Of a stretch of 64,000 bases of DNA, positions 39,781 through 53,300 are shown piece by piece. Location: the NCBI GenBank assembly GCA_016748015.1, contig JAAOMT010000054.1, positions 142,499 to 206,498 of the forward strand. Reading direction: 5' to 3'. The stretch's first letter is position 1, and every line of letters starts with the position of its first letter. Source of the stretch: Geosiphon pyriformis uo1. Lineage: Eukaryota; Fungi; Glomeromycota. A program made the translations under genes and the position numbers. The notes beneath the pieces were generated by a model that saw only the letters and a list, made by a program, of their open reading frames with translations, had not been told where the DNA came from and did no database searches.

Positions 39781-42700
39781 TATTATGGGTTGGAGTAACA
39801 AGCTAATAGATAGCAAGAAAGAACAGAATTGTAGAGTAATGGATATAATCAAAAAAGAATTCAACTTCAAAGAGCAAATTAAATAAGTATGGATTCAATG
39901 TGTAAGATCAGTCTTATAAAATATCTTAGTTGCTATATTTTTTAAAGATAACTAAGGAATCTGAAGATAGAGAGATAATCCATACTGTCAACAAATGATT
40001 ACACTTGGTATAATTTTATGTCTCATGTCAGTGCTCTTAGAATTCAATATCAAGTATTAGATGTGCTCTTTAGTCATGTTTTATTCAATAATCTTCAAAT
40101 GTTGCAATTACACATTCAGAAAAAGAATAGGAAATAACCAACAAGTAATCTTTTATCTTTAAGATGTTCAGATACTTGAAAGTAAGAAAGGAAAATTAGC
40201 GATAAGAAAAGGATTGAGATGAAGTTGTTATTTTATTTCTTTTATTTTTTTTTATTCTTACATGTTTTTTTACAGCTAAGAGATTCATCACTTATATAGC
40301 TGTCAAAAGTGGTCAATAATCAGATCAATGGTCAGGTTAATGATCAGGTCAATGATCAGGTTAATGATCAGGTCAATGGTCAGGTCATTGATCAAATCAA
40401 TGATTACTTTCTAAAAATAGAGTGGCTAATTTATATAACATCAGTGACTAATATATGTGATAATTAATAAAAAGTATAAGTTTCAACCATAACATTATCC
40501 TCTCCAAAAAGATTAAGCTCCAGCGAAATCAAGCTATTTATGGTGTAATTTATTGGAAGAGTTTTATCTAACTCAAAGCTAACTAGTTTGTTAAAGTTTT
40601 TTGTAAATAAGTTTTGTATCTAAGAGACCAAATCTTTGTATTAAAGTTTTGGCTCTTCTAGCAATAGTTAAAACTCTTAGAACATCTAACCATATAATGT
40701 CCAAAATTTCTGTCTGTATCTCTGAAGTTGTTTTTTTTATGAGTTTCATATTCTCTATAATTTCACCAAGACAACCATAGAGTTCTAATTGCTTTCCATA
40801 TGACAAGTTTTTGTTTATGAATAAGATTTCTTGAAGTGTTTTTCCAATTGTGCTGGAAGATGGAAGTATAGTTACTATTATACTTTCTAACAGATATTTA
40901 TCTATTTTACTACCAATTCTTTCTCTTCTAGTAGTAGTTTTCTTTGGTTTAATAACAGTATGTGTTCTACTGTTATCAGTTATAGTGGTTTGTTTTTCAA
41001 TGGTCAGAGTAGTATTTGAATAGTTTTTGATCCAATACTCATGGAAAGTATAGAAGACATTTTAAATGTTTTGATCCAGAAAATAATTGTTCATGTTAAT
41101 TGAAGATACCTCTGTTTTGAGAATAATGCATTTATTTATACTTGATTTTTGCTGATTATTTGAGTCAGTATTACCACAACAGGCAGCCAATCAGGTCATT
41201 TATGATATTTCTTGAGTCATGTACCATGAACAGGATGATCATTAAAGATTGTTCCAGATTGATCTTGAAGAATATAAGAACCATTGTTCAAAACTTTGTT
41301 GACTATAAAAAGTCTTTTCCATTGGCTAAAAAATTTATCACCATAAACATTATCTCTATCTGAATGGTATTCTAGTACCAAGTCACTAACACTTAAAGAA
41401 AGTGTTTTATCGGTTTTCTTTTTTTTAAGCTTTTTTTGGAACTGTTTTATCTTTTCAAAAGCAATTATTTATGTTTCTACCAAGGGGTCAAGAATAGTAC
41501 CAAGTCTTTTTTGCAAAATGTTTTTGTAATTTCCTATCGTTATTTCTTCAAAGGGTATTGTTTCAATATTAGTTTCTATTGATAGTATTGCCATGCATCC
41601 ATAGAGCAGATAAAAAAGTTCATAACTTGTTATGTCATGATTCACAGTTCTATAAACAAACAAAACTGAAGGCAGTACTTTGTTCCATAAGTTTTTTTCT
41701 TTCCTGGTTTTGGCTAAGGTTTTACATAATGTTTTATTGAAAGATTCTACTAAGTCATTTGTTTAGGAGTGATAAGAGGAGGAAAGTTTATGACATATTC
41801 CCATTTTTTTACAAAGTTTTTCAACCAGTGTACTGAGAAAAGCTTTTTCGCTATCAGATAAAAGTTCTTTGGAGCAGCTATAATGGCAGATAATATCTTC
41901 ATAAATGAAATTGGCTATTGAGACTGCTGTTTGATCTGGGGTGGCTTTTGTTTCTACCCATTTTGTAAGATAGTTGGTAGCTGTAATAATATATCTGTTG
42001 CCATCAGGAGTGATTGTTAAAGATCCAATAACATCTATACCAATTCTGTTAAAGGGTTGATCAACAGAGATTGGATGGATATCTTCTTTATGATTGGGTT
42101 TGTCTCTTCTTTGGCAGATGTCACAGATTTTGATGTATTTAGTAATGTTCTTTCCCAAGGTAGGCCAATAATAATGAGCTAAAGTTTTTTGAATTGTTTT
42201 TGTTTTTCCAAAGTGTCTAGTTAATGGGTCAGTGTGCATGTTATATATTACAATTTCTTTTCTTCAAATCTGATAACTCTTTGGAGGCAGTCAGGATCTT
42301 TTCTATTTCTTTTATATAATTGATTCTGGTGGATCAAATAAAAATTTGATTGTTTGTGCAAATGTTTTCTTTGCTGTTGAGTGTATTCTGGTGGGTATTG
42401 TCCTTTACCCAAAAATTCTATTAAGGCAGAGTAGTTGTCCAAGTCCATTATTGTGTTTGTTTTTGAAGGAGTTACTAATAATTAAGTTGGTTTGGTTTGA
42501 TAGGTTGTATTGTTACTGGATGGTAAGTCTAGATAAAGTGTCAGCATTTTAATGATTTGCTCCTTTACAGTGTTGAATATTATAGTCAAATTCATCCAAG
42601 TGGAGTATTCAGCAAGTTATTTGTTTGTGTTCCAGCTTCTTTTTCTTGCACAGCCAAACCAAGGCTTGATGATATGTTACCACTAAGAATTTTGCACCAA

Positions 42701-44472
42701 GAAGATATTGATCCCAGTAGTTAGTAACCCAAACTACTGCTAGACATTCTTGTTCAGTAACTGAATAGTTCTTTTCTGCTGGTATAAGGGATCTACTGGC
42801 ATATACTATTGCATGTTCTCTGCCATTTTTATCTTTCTGTGAAACGACAGCACCAAGTCCATAGCCAGATGTATCAGTGTGGAGGATAAAAGGTTGATTC
42901 AGATTAGGTTGTTTAAGAATTGGTTCAGTAACAAGTTTTTTCTTTAGAAATTCAAAAGCTTTTTGTTGATGAGTGTCCCAGTGATAATTGACATTTTTCC
43001 TGAGTAGCTGGTTGAAAGAAAAAGCAATTTTGGAGAAATCCTTGATAAATTTGTGATAGTAAGAGGCCAAACCAAGAAAAGAGCATAGTTCAGGAACATT
43101 CATTGACTGTCTAATGTTCTGGACTTTTTCAACTTTAGCTAGATTAGGGAAGATTCTATCTTTTGTAATAAGATAACCAAGAAACTAAGTGGATTGGCAT
43201 CCAAAAAAAGATTTGATTGGGTTGATCTTAAGACCAGCATTTTTGAGCAGGTCAAAAATCTTTTGTAAATATTCAAGGTGTTTATCCCAGGTTTTTGAAT
43301 ATACCATTATGTCATCCAAGTAAACCAGAACAAAGTTTTCTTTTACTGATTCAAACACTTTATCCATTAAGTATTGAAAGGTGGGAGGAGCATTGGTAAG
43401 ACCAAAAGGCATGACTGTGAATTCATAGGTGCCATACTTAGTGATAAAGGCAGTTTTTTTTCTGCTTTCTGAATCCATTTCTATTTGCCAGAATCTAGCA
43501 GTTAAGTCAATGATTGAAAAAAAAGCAGCACCATTGAATTTATCTAGCATTGCATCAATTTTGGGAAGTGGATACATGTCTCTTATAGTGATGGCATTTA
43601 ATTGTCAGTAGTCAACACAAAAGCATAGGGTTCCACCTTTCTTGGATATCATTACAACTGGAAAAGCCTATTTACTCTTGGTTTCTTGTATGAATCCAAG
43701 ATCTTTCATCTGGTTTATCTTTTTCTTAATAAACTCATCATTGTGTTGATTGGATTGATAAGACTTCAAATGAATGGGGCGAGTTTCTTTGATGGTGATG
43801 ATGTGTTGTATTACATGGGTTTGTTCAGGGTCATTATCTTCTTTTGAGATAACTGGGCTATTTCTAGCCAACAGATTTTCAATGTCCACTTTTCTTTCTT
43901 CGGGGAAAGTTTTTTTTGTTCTATAACTAGTAATTGGATTTCAGGTGGTTCATTCTCAAAGGATTTTTGTACTTCTTTAAGTTCTTCTCGAGGTATCAAA
44001 CTAATTGGTTCCCAATCTTTGTAATAGATCAGGCAGAATTTGCATTTATCACTTGGTGAATACAAAGGTTTATTGCACTAGCACCATGCATAAGGGCCAT
44101 GCCACCAATAATTGTATTTGGCTTTCTTGCTAGATTTTCTGTTAAAGATTCTTCTGAGGATATCATAGTAGGACCAGCAGATCAGCTTGCCATTTACCAT
44201 GATTCCTTTTTTGTCAGCTTTAACATTGTCTAGTGGCTTGCTATTGCTGGTGAAGATGATATAAGTGAGTTCAGCAGTTTCTTCTGGTTCTTCTTGATCT
44301 TCATCTTTATCACTTTCATCATTATCTGATTTGTCTGATTGCTCTTCTTCTTGGCTTTGTTTGAGTACTGGAGGAGTTGTCCAATGACAACATTTAACCA
44401 CAATAGATTTCTTATTACATTTGATGGTCAGTTCACAAAGTTCATAATCAAGCAAGACTTTTGCTTTCTTAA

Positions 44473-46910
44473 TTTATTTATTTTTTTTTTGTTAATGTGT
44501 AGCCACACTGGTCGTTTATTAGTTAAGTCCATAGTAATGTGGTGGTTTCATAAAGCCAGCTCACCCAATAATACAAAAATCACAAGATATGGCTAACCAC
44601 AGGTGGAAAGCCTTAACTATACACTAGTACTACCTTTGCTACTTAATGTATCAAACATTTCTAATTCATACATTTTACCCATAATGCTGACAAGTTTATG
44701 ACTATCTTTAACCATATCACTCATCCACTTAGCAGTTTGGTCAGGACTGGATTTGATTCTGGAAGGCTGATCTTCCCATAGGTGTATCATAACATCAAAG
44801 ATATTATCATAAACTGAAAAGTCTTTATCATCATCATCATCATTATTATCAATATCATCAACCATGTCATCAACTTCTGGTCTGTTCTCTAAACAGATCC
44901 GTTTACATATTTTTTCAAGACATGTCAATCTTTTCTGTATCACAGTGGCAACAGCAGCCAAGCCTTTATTTTGCTTAGCCAACTCCTCCACAAACTCCTT
45001 AACTGACACATCCACAGCAGGTGGAGTAGACAGCAATTTGGTAACCAATGTAACCAGAGAATTGACAGGTTCAACTAAGAATTTTATTAACACAGAAAGT
45101 TTACTAAGATGGAATTCTAGAGAAGCCAACTTAGATTCAACAGCAGAATTGGGAGCAGAAGGAACAGCAGGCAACATGGATGTTGTAGTTTCAGGAGGAC
45201 TACCAAGATCTAAGTCCATATCAGCAGCAGCAGCACCAGGGGGAACCACAAAAGCAGCAGCCTTGGCATAAGATTTAGATCCAGCAAATGAAGATTTGAA
45301 GATTTTGGGACCACCAGAAGTGTTGGAAGAAGTTTTGAGAGGAAGAAGAAGTAACCTCTTGTAGTCCACAGCCAAATGATTCAAGTCTTGACATTTATAG
45401 CAACAGCAACATCCAGGGGTTTCCCACCAGATGTGGCAATCATGCAAGGTACCAGTTTTTGACACAGCAACATTCAGAGATTCCAAGAAATCAAAAGTAA
45501 CCACAGCAAAGTGTTGACGTCAATAAAATTCAGGGGAGTAAGAAATAAAACATGTACGGCCACCAACTTGGAAGACCAAATTACTTATCTCAAAGACAGT
45601 ACAGCCAAATGGAAGATTGACCAACTTAGCTTTGAATGCATCTTTTGTGAAGATAACCTCTTTTTGGTTGGCAACAGGAAGAATCCTAACACTGTCTTTT
45701 CTGACCAATACAGACCAGTTAGAGAGAGCAGCAGCAATAGAAGAAATGTCCTTAAAGTTAACCACAGCATATTGCCATAAGCCAGCAGGCTTCAACTTAA
45801 CAGAAGTGACAACACCAAAAATGCCAAGAGCAGTTTTGATGTCATTAAAAGAGATACCCAAAGATATGTCATGCAGTGCAACTGACAAGAAAGGGGAAGA
45901 AACAGAGACCACATCAGAAGACCGTGCAATCTTAAAAGTGGTCAAAAAAACTTTATCACTGATGGCCACTTTGGTGGCACCATTTAGACTTTTCTGAGAT
46001 GCAAATTTGACACAGAACAACTTAACAGCATTTCGTGAAACAGACTTAAGCCCAATACAACCAGGCAGCAATTAAAACAAGGAACCAAGCAGGGCCATCT
46101 TGATCTTAAATGTGGCACCAGGCACAAGAGTGAATGCCACCCACCTAGAGAATCTTTGTCGACCATTCACATTCATCCAAACATTTCCATTAATAACACC
46201 AGAAACTGGGGGAGGAGTAAATAATTCCATTTCTATTTGATCAGCCCAATCTTTGAGATCATCTGAATTAATGAACTGTTTTGCTTCCATGGCAGAAGAA
46301 GATCTGCTGGAGATCACCACATTAGGCAACACAGCCAGCAGTTAATCTTGTTTCACATTAGGAGTTGAGCCATTGCCATTGCCATCTATATCAGGAAAAG
46401 GGCTGGCTGCTGCTGTGGAAATCTTACCCAAGATCTCATCTGGGACCACAAAAAAGTTCAGTGTAACCATAGCAGTTGTGACTGTCTGCTGCTGTTTTTT
46501 GGAATTTTTGGCTTTTGTGGCCATTTGTGAAGCTGAAATAGTAGTAGTAGTAGTAGTGGAAGTAGTGAAACTGGTCTGTTATTAAAAATCTTTGGGCTTT
46601 TTGAAGTGGTAGAGACAACACTGGGATTAACCCGAATGTGTCTTTTTGAAGGAACTTTGACTGGAGAAGAACTTCCAGCCAAAAGAGAAGAAACTGAAAC
46701 AGAAGCTGCTAAAGGCAGCTTTTTACTACTGCTTTTTAAAGGAAATGTTGCCAGAACGTTTTGTCTAGCTGCTTCAATAACAGATAGACCCTCTTGTGTT
46801 GAAACTTTATTAGTTACAATAAGAAAAGTAACATTTGCAACTTTTTTACTCTTAGCTTTAGTTATAGTCATGAAAATTAGGAGAAAAAAAGTTTTTTGGA
46901 CCAATTTTTT
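44473..46910 (-). mobile_element. ORF1-only non-LTR retroposon, copy 2
   Basis: T-rich tail 44473-44490; 15-bp TSD CTTTTGCTTTCTTAA at 44458-44472 and 46911-46925; ORF 44617-46871; colinear with 7909-10354. Confidence 0.92.
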
Positions 46911-47850
46911 CTTTTGCTTTCTTAAGTCATTCATTGCCAACTATTATGGTGTATTTTTTTGCTTCAGATACTTCTATGTCAGTTTCAATGTTGATGCCAT
47001 TGATTCAAACAGAAATAGCTTTGGCTATGCCTAGGCCTTTTTTTTTGTCACCATGTACATTGGTTATTGGTCTTGTGGATGGTTCATCAATCTTTCTGCC
47101 AATTGCTTCTTAGAAGTGTTTGGCAATAACACTAACAGACAATCTACTGTCCAGGATCAAATCAATAAAATAACCAGCCATTTGGGCTTTGCAAATAAGA
47201 GAGGTAACATTGCTGTTGTCAGCAAGTTCAGTCTGGTGAGGGTGTTTGTTTGTCTTTGGTGTCTTTTTCTTTGGTATCAATGATTTGTGAAAGTCTTTTC
47301 TGAACTGTGGATGGGTCATCAGTTGGCCAAATGTAATGTGTGCTGGGGTTTCCATAAGATCTTTAAAAACAGAATAGGGTTCAGATTTTTGTACAATTTC
47401 TGGGGGTTCCAACTTTGAAGGATTTTTAAAAACCTTAGTCTTTGGTGGCTTATTGTTATCAGCAGATAATTTGGATGCATTGTTTGGGTCCAAGACAAAA
47501 TCAACCTTGGCTTTCTTCTTTTTTCTGGTTAATTCAAAGGTGTTGATTGCTAGTTCATCCATATCATGATCATCATCAGTTAGGTTAAAAACATAAAAAG
47601 GGTTTTCTTCTGGTTGGCTTGCACTCTCACCCTTTGGAGGTGTGCCTACCAGTTTAAAGGCTGATAAACAGTGGCTTCAACTAAGGGATCCTCTCCAAAG
47701 AAATTGATGTTGACATGATTAAGTTTTTGATTGGAAACATTCTTATTATTGGGTCTGTTATTTTAATTGTCATTGTTTCTGGAAACTGGAGGAGACAATA
47801 GAGAATTGTTGCAGTCTCTTAAGAAGTGTCCAGTTAGTCCACAATGATAG

Positions 47851-48540
47851 TGTTATGGTTGAAACCCATAGTTTTTATTAGTTATCACATGTATTAGCCA
47901 TTGATGTCATATAATTAGCCACTCTATTTTTAGATAGTGATCATTGACCTGATCAATGACCTGACCATTGACCTGATCATTGATCTGATCATTGACCTGA
48001 TTGTTGACCTGATTGTTGACCACTTTAGATAGCTATATAAGCGATGATTCCCTTAGCTGTAGAAAGACATGATCAAAGTAACGAAATAAACAATATCAAT
48101 TACTTCCTCTCATAATTGCTTATTTCCCTTTCCTTACCTTCAAGTATCTACTTGTTGGCATTCACATACCTTATCTTTTCTCCTTCTTGATTTGTATTTA
48201 TTAAAATTAGCCTGAGAAGCAATTGGCTTGCTCTTGTAATTCATTGAATAAAGAAACGATTGAAAAGCACAACAATACCTGTTATTGATTCTAAGAATTG
48301 CCAAGTTGAAGCATAGAATAATAGCAGCAGTGTTATCTTGTTGACAATCACGGACTATTCCTCTGCCTTCAAATTTAATAAAAGATTAGCGACTGTAATT
48401 TTTATGAGACTGATCACACACATTGAATTCCTACTTATTCAATTTGCTCCCTTATTGTAATTCCCTCTTTGTTTATTTCCATCACCATACAATACTGTTC
48501 TTCCTTGCTATCCATTAGCTTGTTACTCCAACCCGTAACA
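47851..48540 (+). repeat. Solo LTR (family C, divergent subtype) inside the C2 gag zinc knuckle
   Basis: TGTTAT...GTAACA with a perfect ATAG TSD and no internal region. Confidence 0.95.
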
Positions 48541-50346
48541 ATAGCATACAGGTGGGCCATGATTTTGTTGTCTTTGATAAAGGGTTTGTTGGGGCTAATT
48601 AAAATGGATTCAAATCTGGGTTTTTGTAATTGCTGGTTGTCTCTGACTGCTTGAGCTAATGGTTCTAATAGCCTAGCAAGATTTGCTGTAAGTCTATCTA
48701 TTAACTGTTCATTGGAGTCTTGAGTTTGAACAGCAAAAGAGGTAGCAGCCATTTGGAGAGCAGGAGCCATAACAGGAGCAGGAGCAAAAACTGGAAGTGT
48801 GAATCCTAGGTGCATTCTTTGATTGTCTTCTATTCTCTGAGCAAGTTTGGCCATATCCATTGTGAGATTATTTTTCAAGGCCAGGAGAGGCCAAAGAGCA
48901 TATGATAGATCAGTTCTCAGTTCTTTTGTAAAGAAATGTATTTTCTGCTTTTCTGTTTAATTTCTTTTAGAGTCTACCTGTTTAATGAGTTTTCTTATTG
49001 CTTTGGCATATTCTGTCACAATCTCACCAGGGCCTTGAGTTCTTCTTTCTAATTCCATATGCCATTTTGAGATTAAGATGGAAGTTCTAAATTTTATTTC
49101 AAACCAGGTAGTGAAAGAGGTGTTGTCTTCTCCAGCATTTGCTGGTGCCCATCTAATGATTCTTTGCTGAGCATTGGCATTGGTTTCTTGTGAAAACCAA
49201 GTAGCAGAAGAGCCTTGTAGGTAGCCACCAATGATTTGGAACTTGTATTCATTATTATATTGGTTTGCTGTGGCAGCTCTCTCAAAATCATCCAGCCATT
49301 TGATTGGATCTTGGGCATTACCTCTGAATAATGGTAATGGGGTGTTGTTTCTTCACCCTAAAGCAGTCTGTATATCTTGGAGGGCGATCAGAATGTTTTT
49401 TTGTAGAGGGTCTTGAGCCATTGGTTCAGGTGTAACTGTTTGTGTGGAGTGTTCTGATTCACTTGAAAAGAGATTAAAAACAGGGGTGGTTTGATAGCTT
49501 TCTTCTTTTGTTTCAAGAAGAGTTTCTGTTAATTGATGGGCAACAATCCAAATGTGGATTTGATGATTCAGATATTCAAAATCAAGAGGCTGTTGTTCAA
49601 AGGTGGCAGAATATAAGAGCTAATTGATATTGTTGTTTTTTTCTTCAAAGTTGTCTTCAAAATAAGCTTGGTCAAAGTAATAGGTTGTATAAGCTGTGTA
49701 GGTTTCAGCTGAATGCTCATTCAGGAACCAGTTCCAAAAGTCTTGGAATTGTCTGCTAGATTGTTTTTCAATGGGGAAGCAAATTAAGCAGGAGAGTAAA
49801 GGATTGAGTTCAATAAAGTCTAGATCATTTTTGTTGTGTGCTTTAAAGTGTTTTTTTGATTGTTGTGGCAGATATGAATAATCACCCATACAATAGGAAA
49901 CAAAGTAGATTTTGACAACCTCACAGGGAGCACCACTTTTATGTTATGGGTTGGAGTAACAAGCTAACAGATAGCAAGGAAGAACAGAATTGTAGGGTAA
50001 TAGAAATAATCAAAAGGGAATTCAACTTCAAAGAGCAAATTGAATAAGTATGGATTCAATGTGTGAGATCAGTCATATAAAATATCTCAGTTTCTATACT
50101 TTTTAAAGGTAACTGAGGAATTTGAAGGTAGAGGAATAGTCTGTACTGTCAACAAATGATCACACTTGATATAATTCTATGTCTTACATCAGCACTCTTA
50201 GAATTCAATATCAAGTATCAGATGTGCTCTTTAGTCACATTTTATTCAATAATCTCCAAATGTTGCAATTACACATTCAGAAAAAGAGTAAGAAATAACC
50301 AACATGTAATCTTTTATCTTTAAGATGTTCAAATACTTGAAAGTAG

Positions 50347-53300
50347 TGTTATGGTTGAAACCCATAATTTTTATTAGTTATCACATGTATTAGTCACTGA
50401 TGTCATATAATTAGCCACTCTATTTTTAGATAGTAATCATTGACCTGATCAATGACCTGACCGTTGACCTGATCATTGACCTGATTATTGACCTGATTAA
50501 TGACCTGATTGTTGACCTGATCATTGACCTGATTATTGACCTACTCATTGACCTGGTCATTGACCACTTTCAATAGCTATATAAGTGATGAGTCTCTTAG
50601 CTATAGAAAATCATCTCTTAGACAAGAATCAAATAAATAAAAATAACAACTTTCATCTTAATCACTCTCTTATTGCTAATTTTTCTTTCCTTACCTTCAA
50701 GTATCCAAACATCTTAGGATAAAAGATTACTTGTTGGCCTTTTCCTGATGTATATAATTGTAGCATTTGAAGATTATTTGAATAAACATGACTGAAAAGC
50801 ACAAGTTAATACCTGATATTGAATTCTAAGAGCACCAACATGAGGCATAGAATTATACCAGTGGTGATCAATTGTTGACAGTATGGACTATCCCTCTACC
50901 TTCAGATTCCCTTGTTACCTTTTGAAAAGAATAGCAACTGAGATATTTTATGAAACTGATCTCGTATATTGAATCCATACTCATTCAATTTGCTCATTGA
51001 AGTTGAATCCCCTTTGATTATTTCCATCACCCTACAATCTTGTTCTCTCTTGCTATCCATTAGCTTGTTACTCCAACCCATAACATAAAAGTGGTGCTTC
51101 CTGTGAGGTTGTCAAAATTCACTTATTCCCTCATTGTATGAGTGATTACTCATATCTGCCACAGCAATCAGAAGAACACTTTGTAGCACACAACAGAAAT
51201 GACCTAGATTTTATTAAACTTAATCCTCTGCCCTCCTGCTTGATCTGCTTTCTCATTGAAGAACAATCCAGCAGACAATTCTAAGACTTTTGGAACTGGT
51301 TCCTGAATGAGCATTCAGCTGAAACCTACACAACTTATACAACCTATTACTTTGATCAAGCTTATTTTAATCAGCTCTTATATTCTACAACCTTTGAACA
51401 ACAGCCCCCTGATTTCGAATATCTGAATCATCAAATCCACATTTGGATTGCTGCCCATCAATCAACAGTAACTCCCCTTGAAATAGAAGAAGAAAGCTAC
51501 CAAACAGCCCCTATTTTTGATCTTTTCTTAAGTGAATCAGAGCACTTTACACAAACAGTAACTCCTAAATCAATGGCCCAAGATCCAATGCAAGTAAACA
51601 TCCTGGCCGCCCTCCGAGGCATATAAACTGCTTTGGAACAAAGAAACAACACCCCACTATCCCTATTCAGAGGTAACACCCAAGATCCAATTAAATGGTT
51701 GGATGATTTTGAAAGAGCAGCCACTGCAAACCAGTATGATGATGAATACAAGTTCCAAATCATTGGTGGCTATCTCCAAGACTCCCCTGCTACCTGGTTT
51801 TTACAAAAAACCAATGCTGGTGCTCAACAAAGAATTGTTAGATGGACCCCAGCAAATATTGGAGAAAACAACACCTCTTTTACTACCCAGTTTGAAAACA
51901 AATTCAGAACCCCCATCTTAATATCCAAATGGCGTATGGAATTAGAAAGAAGAACCCAAGGTCCTAGTGAAATTGTGACTGAATATGCCAAAGCAATCAG
52001 AAAACTCATCAAGCGTGTAGACTTTGGTAGAAACTGGACTGAAGAGCAAAAGATCCACTCCTTCACAAAAGGATTGAGAACTGATTTATCATATGCTCTT
52101 TGGCCTCTCTTGGCTTTAAAAGATAATCCCACCATGGATATGGCCATTGAACTCACCCAAAGAATTGAAGACAATTAAAGAATGCATTTGGGATCCACAC
52201 TTCCAGTTTTTGCTCCTGCTCCTGTTATGGCTCCTACTCCTTAAATGACTGCTACTTCTTTTGCTGCCCAGACACAAGATCCAAATGAACAATTAATAGA
52301 TAGACTTACAGCAAATCTTGCTCAGCTATTAGAACCATTAGCCCAAGCAGTCAGAGATAACCAGCAATCACAAAGACTCAGATTTGAAAACCATTTTAAT
52401 CAGCCCCAGCAACCCCCTTACCAAAGACAGCAAAATCATGGCCCTCCTGTGTGTTATAGATGTGGATTAACTGGACATTTCTCCAGAGATTGCAACAATC
52501 CTCCACTGCCTCTTCCAGCTCCCAGAAACAATGACAACCAAAACAACAGACCCAACAACAACAACAATGTCCCCAATCAAAGACCCAATTATGCTAACAT
52601 CAATTTCTTTGGAGAAGATTCCCTAGTTGAAGCCACTGTTTATCAGTCTTTAAACTGGTAAATGCACCTCCAAAGGGTGAGAGTGCAAGTCAACCAGAAG
52701 AAAACCCCTTTTATGCTTTTAACCTAACTGATGATGATCATGATATAGATGAACTAGCAATCAACACCTCTGAATCAACCAGAAAGAAGAAGAAAGCCAA
52801 GATTGATTTTGTCTTGGACCCAAACAATGCATCCAAATCATCTGCTGATAACAATGAGCCACCAAAGGCTAAGGTTTTTAAAAATCCTTCAAAGTTGGAA
52901 CCCCCAGAAATTGTACAAAAATTTGGACCCTATTCTGTTGTTAAAGATCTTATGGAAACCATCCACAGTTCAGAAAAGATCTTCACAAATCATTGATACC
53001 AAAGAAGAAGACACTAAAGACCAACAAATGCCCTTGCCAAGCTGGACTTGCTGATAACAGCAATGTCACCCCTCTGATTTGTAAAGCCCAAGTGGCTGGT
53101 TACTTTATTGATCTGATCTTAGACAGTGGATCATCTGTTAATGTAATTGCCAAACATTTTCTTGAAGCAATTGGCAGAAAGATTGATGAGCCTTCCACAA
53201 GACCAATGACCAATGTACATAGTGACAAGAAGAAAGGCCTGAGCATAGCCAAAGCTATTCCTGTCCGCCTTAATGGTATCAGCATTGAAACTGATATGGA

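Larger units (their letters stand above)
39781..50346 (-). mobile_element. Gypsy family C copy C2; rest of its 5' LTR displaced to 60134-60374
   Basis: 3' LTR 39781-40494; ORF3 40464-41094; integrase ATG 42448; RNase H stop 42513-42515; RT VYLDDI; gag start 49889; PBS ~49919-49935; 5' LTR part 49942-50346. Confidence 0.93.

Noticed and set aside
50435-50570. CRISPR-like array
   Set aside because: Head-to-tail 12-mers with no unique spacers, inside LTRs, no cas genes.
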